64,000 bases of DNA, taken from the NCBI GenBank assembly GCA_049322215.1, contig JBMORU010000001.1, forward strand, positions 324,023 through 388,022, given 5' to 3'. The DNA comes from Patescibacteria group bacterium. GTDB lineage: Bacteria > Patescibacteriota > WWE3 > UBA101185 > UBA10185. The notes under the pieces were generated by a model. That model did no database searches. It saw only the letters and a program-made list of their open reading frames with translations, and had not been told where the DNA came from. Shown here in pieces: positions 29,050 to 38,708 of this stretch (positions are counted from its first letter, which is position 1; every line of letters begins with the position of its first letter). A program made the translations under genes and the position numbers.

Positions 29050-32000
29050 ATGCCTGCAGATGTTATTGAAGCACAAGATAAACAAGACGTATTTGAAAAA
29101 GCCCATAATATTGAATCTGAAAACGAACCCGAAGGTCGTGCCTCTAGAGCTACTTCTAGAGCAATAGAGTTTGGTGAACGTGCTATAGAGGGCATGAATA
29201 GAGATGAAAAAAGACACCATCAGGAGATACTAAACTCCTTTAAAGAGCGTGTTCAAAACCTCAACCCTGATCAACAACCGCCTGACTCTCCTGATAACCA
29301 AGCCTATCATGATCTTCCAAATGAAATTAACGATTATTTGTTTGAACAATGGCAGTTAGGTATAGTTGAAGGGCTTAATTTAATTACCGATCAGGCTGAC
29401 GCCGCCTTACAAAATCCAGATGTTAGAGAAGCAGTATTTCAAGTAATGAATGTGATAGCTGAAAATGGGATTGATTTAGATGATGATGATTTAGAATTAA
29501 GTGATAGGTTAACTCCTATTGTTACCGCTGCGAATCAGTATGTGGAAAATCACTTTATTTCTTTTAATGATTTTGTAGAAAGGCATAACTTAAGAGAATA
29601 TGATGAAAACACAGAACTAGATGAAGTTTATGATTTTCGTGCAGAACAAACTGACTCGCGAGAGGCTGATGTTCAAACTTTAAGTGCTGCTTTAGAAGAA
29701 ATTATTCCCGACCCTAACGCCGAAATAGATAGATCCCCCACCATGGAAATGGGTGATACTACCTGGGGACATTTTGTTCCTAACAGGGAGGCATGGAACA
29801 ATACATTTTTTAATGATTCTAGCGAAGTACTATCTGCGGTAGTTTCTGAAGAATTACGAGATAGAAAGGGAGAAATTCCAAAAGATTTACGTCCTTCCCA
29901 ACATGTCAGTTTAGTAAGTGGTTATACTAGAAGAAAGGGCGACAACGCAATTGTACAAGCGCCAATTTTAAGCATTAATATTAAAAAAACAGAGTTACAG
30001 GTACCACATAACGAAGTTGTAACAGATATAAGAAAATTACGTCCCGACCACCCCACTGTAATGAATCGTCGTATTACTAACCCAGGAGCTTTATATGAAT
30101 GGGAACAACAACTAATGAACGCAGTTATAGAAGAGAATGAGTTTAAAAAGCCAGATGAAAGGCGTGTTCGCTTTGTAACAACTAGTGTAGATAAACAAAT
30201 GAAACCCGTAAATAAACTATTAGAAGTCAGTTATGAAGATTACAATCAAATGGTGCGTGCAACTCAAAGTGCTAGAGCTCAGTATGAACGTGTAGGTATA
30301 AAAGTGGAAAAAGATCCTGAGGCTGAGAAAGAAACTTTAACTGAGTTTGGTAAAAGTTTAAATCGTGCTGAGTATTTAAAAACAAGAGAAAGAATGGCGT
30401 CGTATTTAGATGCAGAAATTTCACGTTTACGTGAAGAGGGCAATGATTATTTGGCAGATCAAATGGAATCTTCTAAAGATAGTTTGGTATATATGTATCA
30501 AGAACTTTCAATTCATTATGATAGTGATGCCTACCATAACGCCGCTGCAAAAGAAAACTTACGCAGTCGACTAGAAGGTGATGATTCAATAGCAGAGGGT
30601 AGCGACGAATGGAATACTATGCTTACCGATGAGATTGCTCAATTACGCTTAGAATATTCTTATAAAGCTGTTGTATATAAAGATCATGCAGAATATTTAG
30701 GCTCTCAAATTGATATGTTGCTAGAAAGTGGAGATCGTGCAAGTGCTCAAGCAATGCTGTTAAACTTGGACAAATTAATAGAAATAGAAGCAAGAGCTTA
30801 TTACTTGACCGATGTTCAAGATATAGTAGAAAATCCTGAAACCTCTACAGACGAAGACCCTGATTATTTACCTTTGAAGTCGGTAGATGAGTTTAGGCAA
30901 GAAATGTACGCTTTATCCGAAGGATTTTTACGTAAAGGCACAAACAAAGAAGCTGAGCTAGTTACAATAGGTGCTGAGATGCAAGAAGAGTGGGGAGAAG
31001 CAATTAGTTTATGGCAACAATTAGATGAAACTTTTGGTGATGAGTTGCATAACCTAAGTTTATTCGAATTAGAGGTTTTAGCTGTATTAGAGGATAAGCA
31101 CTTATTAGGCGCAAGAGTAGAGGCTTTGCAACCAAGTGAAGCAGACATACATACCAGCGACTTTTTGGAAACGCAGTTTAAAGGAATGTTTGGTAGAGAA
31201 CCAACTGAGGAGGAGTGGTATTTTGTAACTTTACAAATGATGCGTCAGCAGTATGACGATAATTTAGCTTCTACTACACACCTAAACGGTGGTATAGAAA
31301 GCTTGATGACTTATGTTTCAAATAACTACAATCAAAACTCTTTAGTAGAGCGCTCGAATAATGGGCTTTTTGAGCATGCTCGTTACTTATTAGATGTTAA
31401 TGAGGTATCTCATTTAGAAGCTGAAAGATTAAGATTGCAAACACAAGCAGGATTAGCTGCAGAAAATGAAGATTTAGAAAGAAAAGATCAAATCAGAGAA
31501 TATATGCAAAAACGCGCACGTGATCGTCAAGAGCATAACGCCGCTGTTCGAAAAATGAATGAGCAGGTTGAACTAAATAACAGAGAACGTAAGAATCAAG
31601 AAGAATTAAGAAAAGCTAATGCTGAATTGTTAAAGAAAAGAAATGAAGCGCGGGATCGCCAACAGCAAGAAATTATAGATCAGGAAGCAAAAGCAAAATT
31701 ACGTGAATCAGAGTCACTTGCTCGTGAGGTGGCAAAGGAAAATTCCGCCGCTTTAGATAATTCTGAGCAAATTGCCGAAGCTCGGGCTGTGCTTCGCGCT
31801 GCTGAAGAGAGGGCTCGTGCCGTAGCAGAAGAAAATGCACAAGGGGTGGATAATTCTGAACAAGTAGCTGCAGCTCAAGAAGAATTACGTGCTGCTGAAG
31901 ACCATGTTCGTGAAATAGCAGAAGAAAATGCAGCTGCAGAATCGGAGCTAAATAATTTACCTGAAGACATAGTTGATGAGGTAGAGCAAGTTACAGAAAT

Positions 32001-32574
32001 TGTTGAACCTGAACCTTCGCCAATAGAGTTTCAAGGTTCGGTAGAAGCTGATGTTGCCTCTATTAAAGAGCTTCTTAGCGTAGGGGAACTTCGTGGATTT
32101 GCTCATAACTACAGAGGTTGGGGTGGTGAAGGACAGCGTAATTTTCATGGAGGTATTTCAGGTAACGAGGCCGATTGGATGCATACCTGGCTTGAAGAAG
32201 AAGTCGCTGTTGATGCTGACTTTGTACAAAATGGTGGCTCACAAGTTGACTTGATAACCTCTCCAGAAATTTTAGAACCCTTAGACTTACAACCGGGGCA
32301 AGCAGTTTTACGTTTAACTTACAGAGTAAATCAAACTGAAGGAAACGAACCTGGTGAAGGTGCCACATTTAATGCATATATGGTTGTTCCAGAAGCTGCA
32401 GGAAACGCTTTTTGTGATTCTATAGAAGCCAATGAACAACAATTTGATTATGCTGCACGTGTAATGGCAGAAGCTTTAGACGAAAAGCTTTATTTAGATA
32501 ACGAAGGGTATAACGTTCCTGCTGGACAGGGTAACAATATACTAAACGTCAGTGGAGTTAAAGTTAATCGTTAG
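29050..32574 (+). CDS. Very large acidic hypothetical protein with coiled coil and 31-aa repeats
   Basis: 1174-aa ORF; no signal peptide or known motif recognised. Confidence 0.85.
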   Translation: MPADVIEAQDKQDVFEKAHNIESENEPEGRASRATSRAIEFGERAIEGMNRDEKRHHQEILNSFKERVQNLNPDQQPPDSPDNQAYHDLPNEINDYLFEQWQLGIVEGLNLITDQADAALQNPDVREAVFQVMNVIAENGIDLDDDDLELSDRLTPIVTAANQYVENHFISFNDFVERHNLREYDENTELDEVYDFRAEQTDSREADVQTLSAALEEIIPDPNAEIDRSPTMEMGDTTWGHFVPNREAWNNTFFNDSSEVLSAVVSEELRDRKGEIPKDLRPSQHVSLVSGYTRRKGDNAIVQAPILSINIKKTELQVPHNEVVTDIRKLRPDHPTVMNRRITNPGALYEWEQQLMNAVIEENEFKKPDERRVRFVTTSVDKQMKPVNKLLEVSYEDYNQMVRATQSARAQYERVGIKVEKDPEAEKETLTEFGKSLNRAEYLKTRERMASYLDAEISRLREEGNDYLADQMESSKDSLVYMYQELSIHYDSDAYHNAAAKENLRSRLEGDDSIAEGSDEWNTMLTDEIAQLRLEYSYKAVVYKDHAEYLGSQIDMLLESGDRASAQAMLLNLDKLIEIEARAYYLTDVQDIVENPETSTDEDPDYLPLKSVDEFRQEMYALSEGFLRKGTNKEAELVTIGAEMQEEWGEAISLWQQLDETFGDELHNLSLFELEVLAVLEDKHLLGARVEALQPSEADIHTSDFLETQFKGMFGREPTEEEWYFVTLQMMRQQYDDNLASTTHLNGGIESLMTYVSNNYNQNSLVERSNNGLFEHARYLLDVNEVSHLEAERLRLQTQAGLAAENEDLERKDQIREYMQKRARDRQEHNAAVRKMNEQVELNNRERKNQEELRKANAELLKKRNEARDRQQQEIIDQEAKAKLRESESLAREVAKENSAALDNSEQIAEARAVLRAAEERARAVAEENAQGVDNSEQVAAAQEELRAAEDHVREIAEENAAAESELNNLPEDIVDEVEQVTEIVEPEPSPIEFQGSVEADVASIKELLSVGELRGFAHNYRGWGGEGQRNFHGGISGNEADWMHTWLEEEVAVDADFVQNGGSQVDLITSPEILEPLDLQPGQAVLRLTYRVNQTEGNEPGEGATFNAYMVVPEAAGNAFCDSIEANEQQFDYAARVMAEALDEKLYLDNEGYNVPAGQGNNILNVSGVKVNR
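31684..31940 (+). repeat. About three degenerate 93-bp (31-aa) tandem repeats within the large ORF
   Basis: gataattctga(g/a)caa at 31756 and 31849; protein unit A...LR..E...R..A.EN....DNSEQ. Confidence 0.8.
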
Positions 32575-33300
32575 TTAAACATAGGCTAGTTCTTTAGGAT
32601 AGAACTTTTTATGTTCAACATTTAATTCCTTATATTTTTCCATATCATTTGTAAGCCTTGCTAATATTATGTTACTTTGTTGCACGCGTTCTAATAACTT
32701 TATTCGTGTAGTTTGTTGAGCTTTTTCTATATCGTTTGTTTTGTTGGTTTCCATATCCATGTAATCTCTTAATTCTTGGCGTGCAAGAGTATCTCTGTAA
32801 TCAGTACTATCTCTATATTTTTCAAACTTTCTTGCAGCATTTGCCATATGAGCCATATGCTCTCTTTTTTCTATATAAGCCTTTTCCTCAGTTTGTTGTA
32901 TATCACTCATTAAGGCGTCAGTATATTCTACAAAGTCTAATATTTCTTTTTGTAGTTCATTATTTTCAAATAAGCCTATGTACTCATTTAATATAATTAA
33001 TCTTCTTAGTACTTTTTTTGATTGAGTGGCATGTTGAATATTAAATATAGAATTTAATTCAATATCATGCTCTAGCATAGTTAAAAACGTTTTTAATCTA
33101 ATAAGTTCTGCTTCTAACATTTCTATTAGCTTTCTGGTTTTTTTCTTTTTTTCTACTATTACAGCAATATTTTCACTACCGCTTTTTCTTATATAAGTGG
33201 CTATTATGATTAATAAGGACACTAAAGATAGTGCCCAAATAACCCAAAGGTATTCCTCAGAGTAAATCAGAAAATTGTCTTGAATAAACTGTAAAGTCAT
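32575..33300 (-). CDS. Single-TM coiled-coil hypothetical protein
   Basis: N-terminal TM, helical remainder; abuts the convergent large ORF. Confidence 0.75.
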   Translation of the reverse strand: MTLQFIQDNFLIYSEEYLWVIWALSLVSLLIIIATYIRKSGSENIAVIVEKKKKTRKLIEMLEAELIRLKTFLTMLEHDIELNSIFNIQHATQSKKVLRRLIILNEYIGLFENNELQKEILDFVEYTDALMSDIQQTEEKAYIEKREHMAHMANAARKFEKYRDSTDYRDTLARQELRDYMDMETNKTNDIEKAQQTTRIKLLERVQQSNIILARLTNDMEKYKELNVEHKKFYPKELAYV

Positions 33301-33332
33301 TAAGATCTTTTTAATTTTAAAATTTTAGATAT

Positions 33333-33350
33333 ACCTATAGTACTATAGGT
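33333..33350. promoter_or_regulatory. 18-bp perfect palindrome ACCTATAGTACTATAGGT
   Basis: Seen directly in the intergenic region between alaS and the downstream ORF; candidate operator or hairpin. Confidence 0.5.
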
Positions 33351-33361
33351 CTAGACAAAAG

Positions 33362-35194
33362 TCAATTATTTGTTGTTCTTTTAAGGTAAACTCTTAGTAA
33401 GCCTTTTCCTATTGATTTTTGTTTGTACAGCTTCATTTTAGGCAGCTCGTTAAGGTTTTGCACATGTGGGCCTCCACAAAACTCTTTACTGAAGGCATTT
33501 TCTAGAGACTTGCCAATATAATAAACTTTCACTTTGTCTCCATATTTTTCTCCAAAAAAGTGTAGTGCACCTGTGTTTTTTGCCTCCTCAATGGGTAATG
33601 TTTCATGTTTCATAGGAATATCTTTACCTGCCTTGCTATTTATTAGTTGTTCTATTTGGTCAATTTCTTGTTCAGTCAGTTTCTTGTCATGAGAAAAGTC
33701 AAATCTTAAGCGTTCCCCTGTAATATTGCTTCCTTTTTGTTCTACCGTTTCACCTAAAGTTTCTCTTAATGCCCAGTGCAATAAGTGTGTTGCTGTATGA
33801 TACTTTATAACATCTTCACTATGATCTGCTAACCCGCCTGCAAATTTTTGCTTTGCCCCTTCGCGAGAAAGTTTTTTGTGTTCTTCAATGTATGAATCTA
33901 TTGCCTGTTCGATATTTTTTATATTTGCATCACTAATGTAATCGGCAACATCTTGTACAAAAATTTCTGAGGGATATCCTAGAGATTGATATAAATCGAA
34001 GCCTATTTTAGCTAGGTTTTCAGTGCTAGTATCGTTTAAGCTTTCAAGAATTTTGGTAGTTTCTTTAAAACCTTTAACCAAGACCTTTCTAAACTTTTCT
34101 TCTTCTTTATGAAAAATTGTTTCTATTTCTTCTTGTTTATTATCAAGTTGTGGATATAGCCACTTAAAGTTTTTTATAACTGATTGTACTAGCGATACAG
34201 AAATATCTTTTTCTATTCCTAATACTTTACCTGCGCGCACCATACGGCGTAACAAACGTCTTAAAATGTATCCTTGGTCTTTGTTACCTGGAGTAACTCC
34301 GTCCATTGCCAAAAATGTTGAGGCTCTCATATGATCTGCAAGTACTCTCATTGCTCGAGTAGTTTCTATGGATTCTTTGTACTGTAAACCTGTAATACTT
34401 TGAATTTTTTCAATAATTGGCCAAAAGTTATCAGTTTCGAAAATATCTTGTTTGTTTTGAACTGCCATTGCTATTCTTTCGAGGCCACCACCAAAGTCTA
34501 CGTTTTTTTGAGAAAGCTCTGCCCAGCCGGTTTCGTTTTTTTTGTATTGCATAAATACGCTGTTTCCGATTTCTAAAAATTCGCTCTCGTTTTGGGCAGG
34601 ATTTTTGCCTAAACCATTTCCATCTTTTCCTACGTAATAAAAAATTTCACTATCGGGACCACCTAATTCCCCAATTGCATCTCCACGTTTCCACCAATTG
34701 TCTTTTTTTCCGTATGCAAAAATTCTTTCGCCAACTTTTGCATCAATGCCGTATTTTTTATAAATTTGGGTGATTATCTTTATAGATTCCTCATCTCTTG
34801 GTGCATCATCGTCCCCCTCAAAAACCGAAGCATACATTTTGTTAATATCCAGCTTGAGAACTTCTACCATAAATTCCCAAATCCAGGGCAACTGCTCACT
34901 TTTAAAGTAGTCGCCTAAGCTCCAGTTTCCTACCATATGAAAAGCTACAGTGTGGTTGTAATCTCCAACTTCTTCTAAATCATCAAAGCGCAAGCATCTT
35001 TGTACATTTAAAATTTTTTTGCCCAAAGGATGGAGCTCTCCAGATAAATAAGGAACTAGGGGAAACATTCCCGAATTTACAAATAGCAAGGTTGGGTCGT
35101 TTTCTGGCACCAAAGATACATTGGGCACTTGCTTGTGACCTTTGTCTTTAAAAAAATTCAGATATTTATTAAGTATTTCTTTAGAACTAAACAT
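33362..35194 (-). CDS. alaS: Alanine--tRNA ligase, short form (no C-Ala domain)
   Basis: DPTLLF.NSGM, Q.C.R..D.EEVG...H...F.M.GNWS.GDYFK, D.G.GLER, DH.RA, editing motifs HTATHLL and EFCGGPHV. Confidence 0.97.
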   Translation of the reverse strand: MFSSKEILNKYLNFFKDKGHKQVPNVSLVPENDPTLLFVNSGMFPLVPYLSGELHPLGKKILNVQRCLRFDDLEEVGDYNHTVAFHMVGNWSLGDYFKSEQLPWIWEFMVEVLKLDINKMYASVFEGDDDAPRDEESIKIITQIYKKYGIDAKVGERIFAYGKKDNWWKRGDAIGELGGPDSEIFYYVGKDGNGLGKNPAQNESEFLEIGNSVFMQYKKNETGWAELSQKNVDFGGGLERIAMAVQNKQDIFETDNFWPIIEKIQSITGLQYKESIETTRAMRVLADHMRASTFLAMDGVTPGNKDQGYILRRLLRRMVRAGKVLGIEKDISVSLVQSVIKNFKWLYPQLDNKQEEIETIFHKEEEKFRKVLVKGFKETTKILESLNDTSTENLAKIGFDLYQSLGYPSEIFVQDVADYISDANIKNIEQAIDSYIEEHKKLSREGAKQKFAGGLADHSEDVIKYHTATHLLHWALRETLGETVEQKGSNITGERLRFDFSHDKKLTEQEIDQIEQLINSKAGKDIPMKHETLPIEEAKNTGALHFFGEKYGDKVKVYYIGKSLENAFSKEFCGGPHVQNLNELPKMKLYKQKSIGKGLLRVYLKRTTNN

Positions 35195-35402
35195 AAAAAA
35201 ACCTCATCACTACAAACCATACACTAAATGATTTGCAAGGACGAGGTTTTTACCACGTGGTACCACCTTACTTTGTATTTATCTTTCAATAAATACCTTT
35301 TTAGCATTTAAGCATCCATATTCCTTTTACCACAGTATGGTTTCTGTGCTTACTCATCGCAAGTAGCTTACAGGTTGGCATTTTAAACCTGGTCATAACT
35401 AG
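35195..35402 (-). ncRNA. T-box riboswitch (alanine-specific) upstream of alaS
   Basis: Minus-strand AAGUAAGG-UGGUACC-ACG T-box with antiterminator partner CGUCCUU; alternative long terminator ending in U7; short Stem I with GCC in its loop; promoter TTGACA-17-TAAATT at 35438-35410. Confidence 0.9.
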
Positions 35403-35482
35403 TGCTGCAAATTTACTAGCAATTGCGTTTTATGTCAACATACATTTGTCATTATTTGGAGCATCCAATATAATTTTGGTAC

Positions 35483-36697
35483 ATGTCCCTATTTAATTCT
35501 TCAAAAAAACCTGCTCGCTTTTTAACTGTAGACATAGGTTCAAATTTGGTTAAGTGTATGGTGTTTGAAGTTGACCCTGAGCAAAACTCCAAAATAGTAA
35601 ATGTAATAGGTGAAGGTGCCGAATCGTTGCCAATGGGTGCTACTAGAGGTGGTGTTATTGTGCATCCCGAAGAAGTAGAAGATGCCTTAAAAATGGCACT
35701 AAACAAAGCTACCGAAGATTTAGATCACAAAGTTAAAGATGTGATTTTTGGTGTGAGTGGTGATTTAGCTTTAGGTTTAATGACAACTGTAAAAATAGTT
35801 AGAGGTAAAAACGATGCTGTGTCAGAGAAAGAATTAAATAAAGTTTACGACAAAATTTATCAGGCTTCTTTAGACGAAGCCTCTACACAACTTTATGAAT
35901 ATACCGGTAACTCCGATGTAGACCTTGAAATAGTTACTTCTTCTATGGTTTATACTAAGTTGGACGAAAAGCTTGTATCTAACCCAGTGGGTATGGAAGC
36001 GTCTAAAATGGAAATTGCTTTTTACGCCTGCTTTTGTCCTAGTTTTCATATTCAATCTCTTCAGAATTTAGCAAAAGCACTAGGTTTAAACATTATTGCT
36101 ATTGGTTCCCAAATGTATGCTGCAGCAAAAGCACTACAGCTGTCGAGTTCTGAAGTATTAGATTGTGCCTTAATGGATATAGGCGGGGAACAAACCGATG
36201 TAGCCATAGTTTTTGGTGGCGGCATTGTGGCAACACGTAGCTTGCCAATTGGTGGAAATCATTTTACTTCCGAAATTAGTAAAAAAATGAACATCCCTTT
36301 TGCAGATGCAGAAAAAGTGAAGCAAGAATATTCTTTTGGCAATTTATCTGAAAGCGAAAACATGGTTTTGCAGGATAGTATTGTACCAATAATGGAAACG
36401 TGGCTTAGCGGTGTAGAATTGTTGTTTACAGAGTTTACTGGTGTTAAAACATTTGCTTCCAAAATATTTTTAATTGGTGGTGGTGCAGAACTTCCGGATA
36501 TTGAAGAGTTTATAGCCAAAGAACCTTGGACTCGTTCAATACCGTTTAAATCACCTCCGGAATTTAGTAAACTCTCTTTGGCAGACTTATCACATATAGT
36601 AGATAAAACCGGATCCTTACAGTCTATGTCTGATTTACTACCTGCCTCTTTATCTATAATTTATTTGGAGTTAAACGGGTTTTTAGATGAAAGATAA
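35483..36697 (+). CDS. FtsA-like actin-family ATPase
   Basis: VDIGS..VK, DIGGEQTD.A, LPIGG.HFT..I.......DAEK.K, IGGGA.LP. Confidence 0.85.
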   Translation: MSLFNSSKKPARFLTVDIGSNLVKCMVFEVDPEQNSKIVNVIGEGAESLPMGATRGGVIVHPEEVEDALKMALNKATEDLDHKVKDVIFGVSGDLALGLMTTVKIVRGKNDAVSEKELNKVYDKIYQASLDEASTQLYEYTGNSDVDLEIVTSSMVYTKLDEKLVSNPVGMEASKMEIAFYACFCPSFHIQSLQNLAKALGLNIIAIGSQMYAAAKALQLSSSEVLDCALMDIGGEQTDVAIVFGGGIVATRSLPIGGNHFTSEISKKMNIPFADAEKVKQEYSFGNLSESENMVLQDSIVPIMETWLSGVELLFTEFTGVKTFASKIFLIGGGAELPDIEEFIAKEPWTRSIPFKSPPEFSKLSLADLSHIVDKTGSLQSMSDLLPASLSIIYLELNGFLDER

Positions 36698-38240
36698 ATT
36701 AGTTTTAGAATTACATGACGATATAGTATCTGTACTTGCACGAATAGAAGATATTAATGTTAATGAAATAACTGTAGAAATTCCTGAAGGGTCTGTACTG
36801 TTTGATAACAGTATAAGTATTAAACTGTTGTTAAAAGAAGCAGAGAAGTTAGGTAAAAATCTAACTTTGGAGACAACCGATTCTAATGGGCAACAGATTT
36901 TGGCTATGCTCGACCAGGGTGTTAATTCTGGTTTTGATGGCTTTAGGTCAAAGGAAATATCGGAATCAGATTTTGAAGAAGCTCCTACAATGTCTAAAAG
37001 GAAGTTTTCTAAACCAAAATTACCTGCGTTTAAAGTTCCTAGACTCAAATTTCCAAAGCTCAATTTTAAACTTCCTTTAATAATTATTGCAATTTTAATT
37101 TTACTGGGTGGCGTAGGTTACGCTTTAGTTTGGCGTGCTCCTGAAGCAACAGTACGCATGATTGTTGATATTGATCCCTTAACAAAAAGCTTAACTGTTA
37201 AAGTTGTTGGTGATGGCGCAAATACTGAAACCGAACTTCCAACATTGCCCGGGAAAACTATAACAGCTTCTGTAAGTGATCAACTAACAATTGAAACCAC
37301 TGGAGAAAAAACAGTAGGTGAGGTTGCTGAGGGTAAAATAACGGTTTATAACCGAACTGATACTGAAGTAAAGTTGGATAAAGGTACAGTTATTACGTAT
37401 AAAGAAGATGATTCAGATTTAAGTTTTAAACTAAATGACGATGTCACTATTCCGCCCGAAACTTTAGAAGACCCTGCAGATTTAACAAGCCCCAGCATTC
37501 CCGGGCAAGCTGATGTAGATGTAACTGCTTTAGAATTTGGAGAAGCATATAACATTGACAATGATGAAACTTTAGAATTTGAAGACTATAAAAAAGGTGA
37601 GCTTTTTGCAAAATCATCGGGAGCTTTTGAAGGGGGTTCTAGCGAAACAGTTAAAGTTGTTACCGAAGAGGATTTAACCGAGTTATCGGCTAAACTAAAA
37701 GAGCAGCTTACTGAATCCAGTTTGTCTTCTTTAGAAAAAAAGCTAAGTAGTGGTACAAAGCAAATTCCAGGATCACAAGAGGTAACAGTTTCAACAGAAG
37801 ATTTTAGCGCAGAAGTTGGGGATGAAGAAGATGAACTTACCTTAACTCAGGTGGCTACAGCTACGGTTCTTACTTATTCTGAAAGCGAACTCAACAAATT
37901 ATTGGACACTTTGGTAGATAACTTAGTTCCAGATGGCTTTGTTTTATCCGACAAAGATAGAGAGGTGAACGTTGAGATACTTGGTTCTACAGATAGCACT
38001 GCCTTAAGTCTTACTGAAGCAGATTTACAAGTGACTTTAAAAGCTTTTGTAGTGCCCGACATAAATGAGGAGTCAATTAAGTCAGATTTAGCCGGTAAGA
38101 AACTTGCTGAAGCAGAGAAAGTTTTAGGTGGTGTTAGAAACATTTACAAATATGAAATTGAATTAAAAAATTCTGTGCCTTTCTTCCAGCGCATGCCTAC
38201 AAATACCGAGAATATTTCAATAAACATCGAAAGAAAATAA
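36687..38240 (+). CDS. Bitopic membrane protein with baseplate-J-like extracytoplasmic domain
   Basis: N-terminal cytoplasmic domain (L.IP.GS.LF....LL...AE..GK), TM, TG...GE.A.G.ITVYN, V.A...GE.YNI, F.GG.S; overlaps the ftsA-like stop. Confidence 0.7.
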   Translation: MKDKLVLELHDDIVSVLARIEDINVNEITVEIPEGSVLFDNSISIKLLLKEAEKLGKNLTLETTDSNGQQILAMLDQGVNSGFDGFRSKEISESDFEEAPTMSKRKFSKPKLPAFKVPRLKFPKLNFKLPLIIIAILILLGGVGYALVWRAPEATVRMIVDIDPLTKSLTVKVVGDGANTETELPTLPGKTITASVSDQLTIETTGEKTVGEVAEGKITVYNRTDTEVKLDKGTVITYKEDDSDLSFKLNDDVTIPPETLEDPADLTSPSIPGQADVDVTALEFGEAYNIDNDETLEFEDYKKGELFAKSSGAFEGGSSETVKVVTEEDLTELSAKLKEQLTESSLSSLEKKLSSGTKQIPGSQEVTVSTEDFSAEVGDEEDELTLTQVATATVLTYSESELNKLLDTLVDNLVPDGFVLSDKDREVNVEILGSTDSTALSLTEADLQVTLKAFVVPDINEESIKSDLAGKKLAEAEKVLGGVRNIYKYEIELKNSVPFFQRMPTNTENISINIERK

Positions 38241-38704
38241 TGGCGGGTAAAAAAAAATTCACTAAAAAGTCGCATACTAACAGCAAAGAAAAAAAACTTG
38301 GAGAAGTTTTACTTGGTATTGATTATGGCGAACGTAACATTGGGTTAGCTTTAGGGCATAATGGGCTAACAATGCCTTTGCATGTTGTTAACGGTGCTGA
38401 CGGTTTGAGTGCCCTTAATGATATTAATATTTTAGTTAAAGAAAATAAGGTAAATAGGCTAATTATGGGTTTACCCTTAAACGCTGAAGGCAAAGAAACT
38501 ATTATGGCAAAAAAAATTAGAATTTTTGCAAAGCTTTTAAAGGTAGAGTTAAAACTTCCTGTTGATTTTGTAAGTGAATATGCAAGTTCTATTGAGTCTA
38601 TGAAAAGTGCTTTAAATCAAGATGTATCTCAAAAAAGACGTCAACTTATTGATCATTTATCTGCTGCTATAATTCTAAAAAATTATTACGAATCTCTAAA
38701 TTAA
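38240..38704 (+). CDS. ruvX: Holliday junction resolvase-like RuvX/YqgF
   Basis: LGIDYG...IGLA, MGLP....G, E..SS, D..SA.IIL..Y. Confidence 0.92.
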   Translation: MAGKKKFTKKSHTNSKEKKLGEVLLGIDYGERNIGLALGHNGLTMPLHVVNGADGLSALNDINILVKENKVNRLIMGLPLNAEGKETIMAKKIRIFAKLLKVELKLPVDFVSEYASSIESMKSALNQDVSQKRRQLIDHLSAAIILKNYYESLN

Positions 38705-38708
38705 ATTT

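Noticed and set aside
36687-38240. Prophage or contractile injection system
   Set aside because: No capsid, tail sheath, tube, terminase or integrase genes; the protein has a TM anchor and sits in a housekeeping operon
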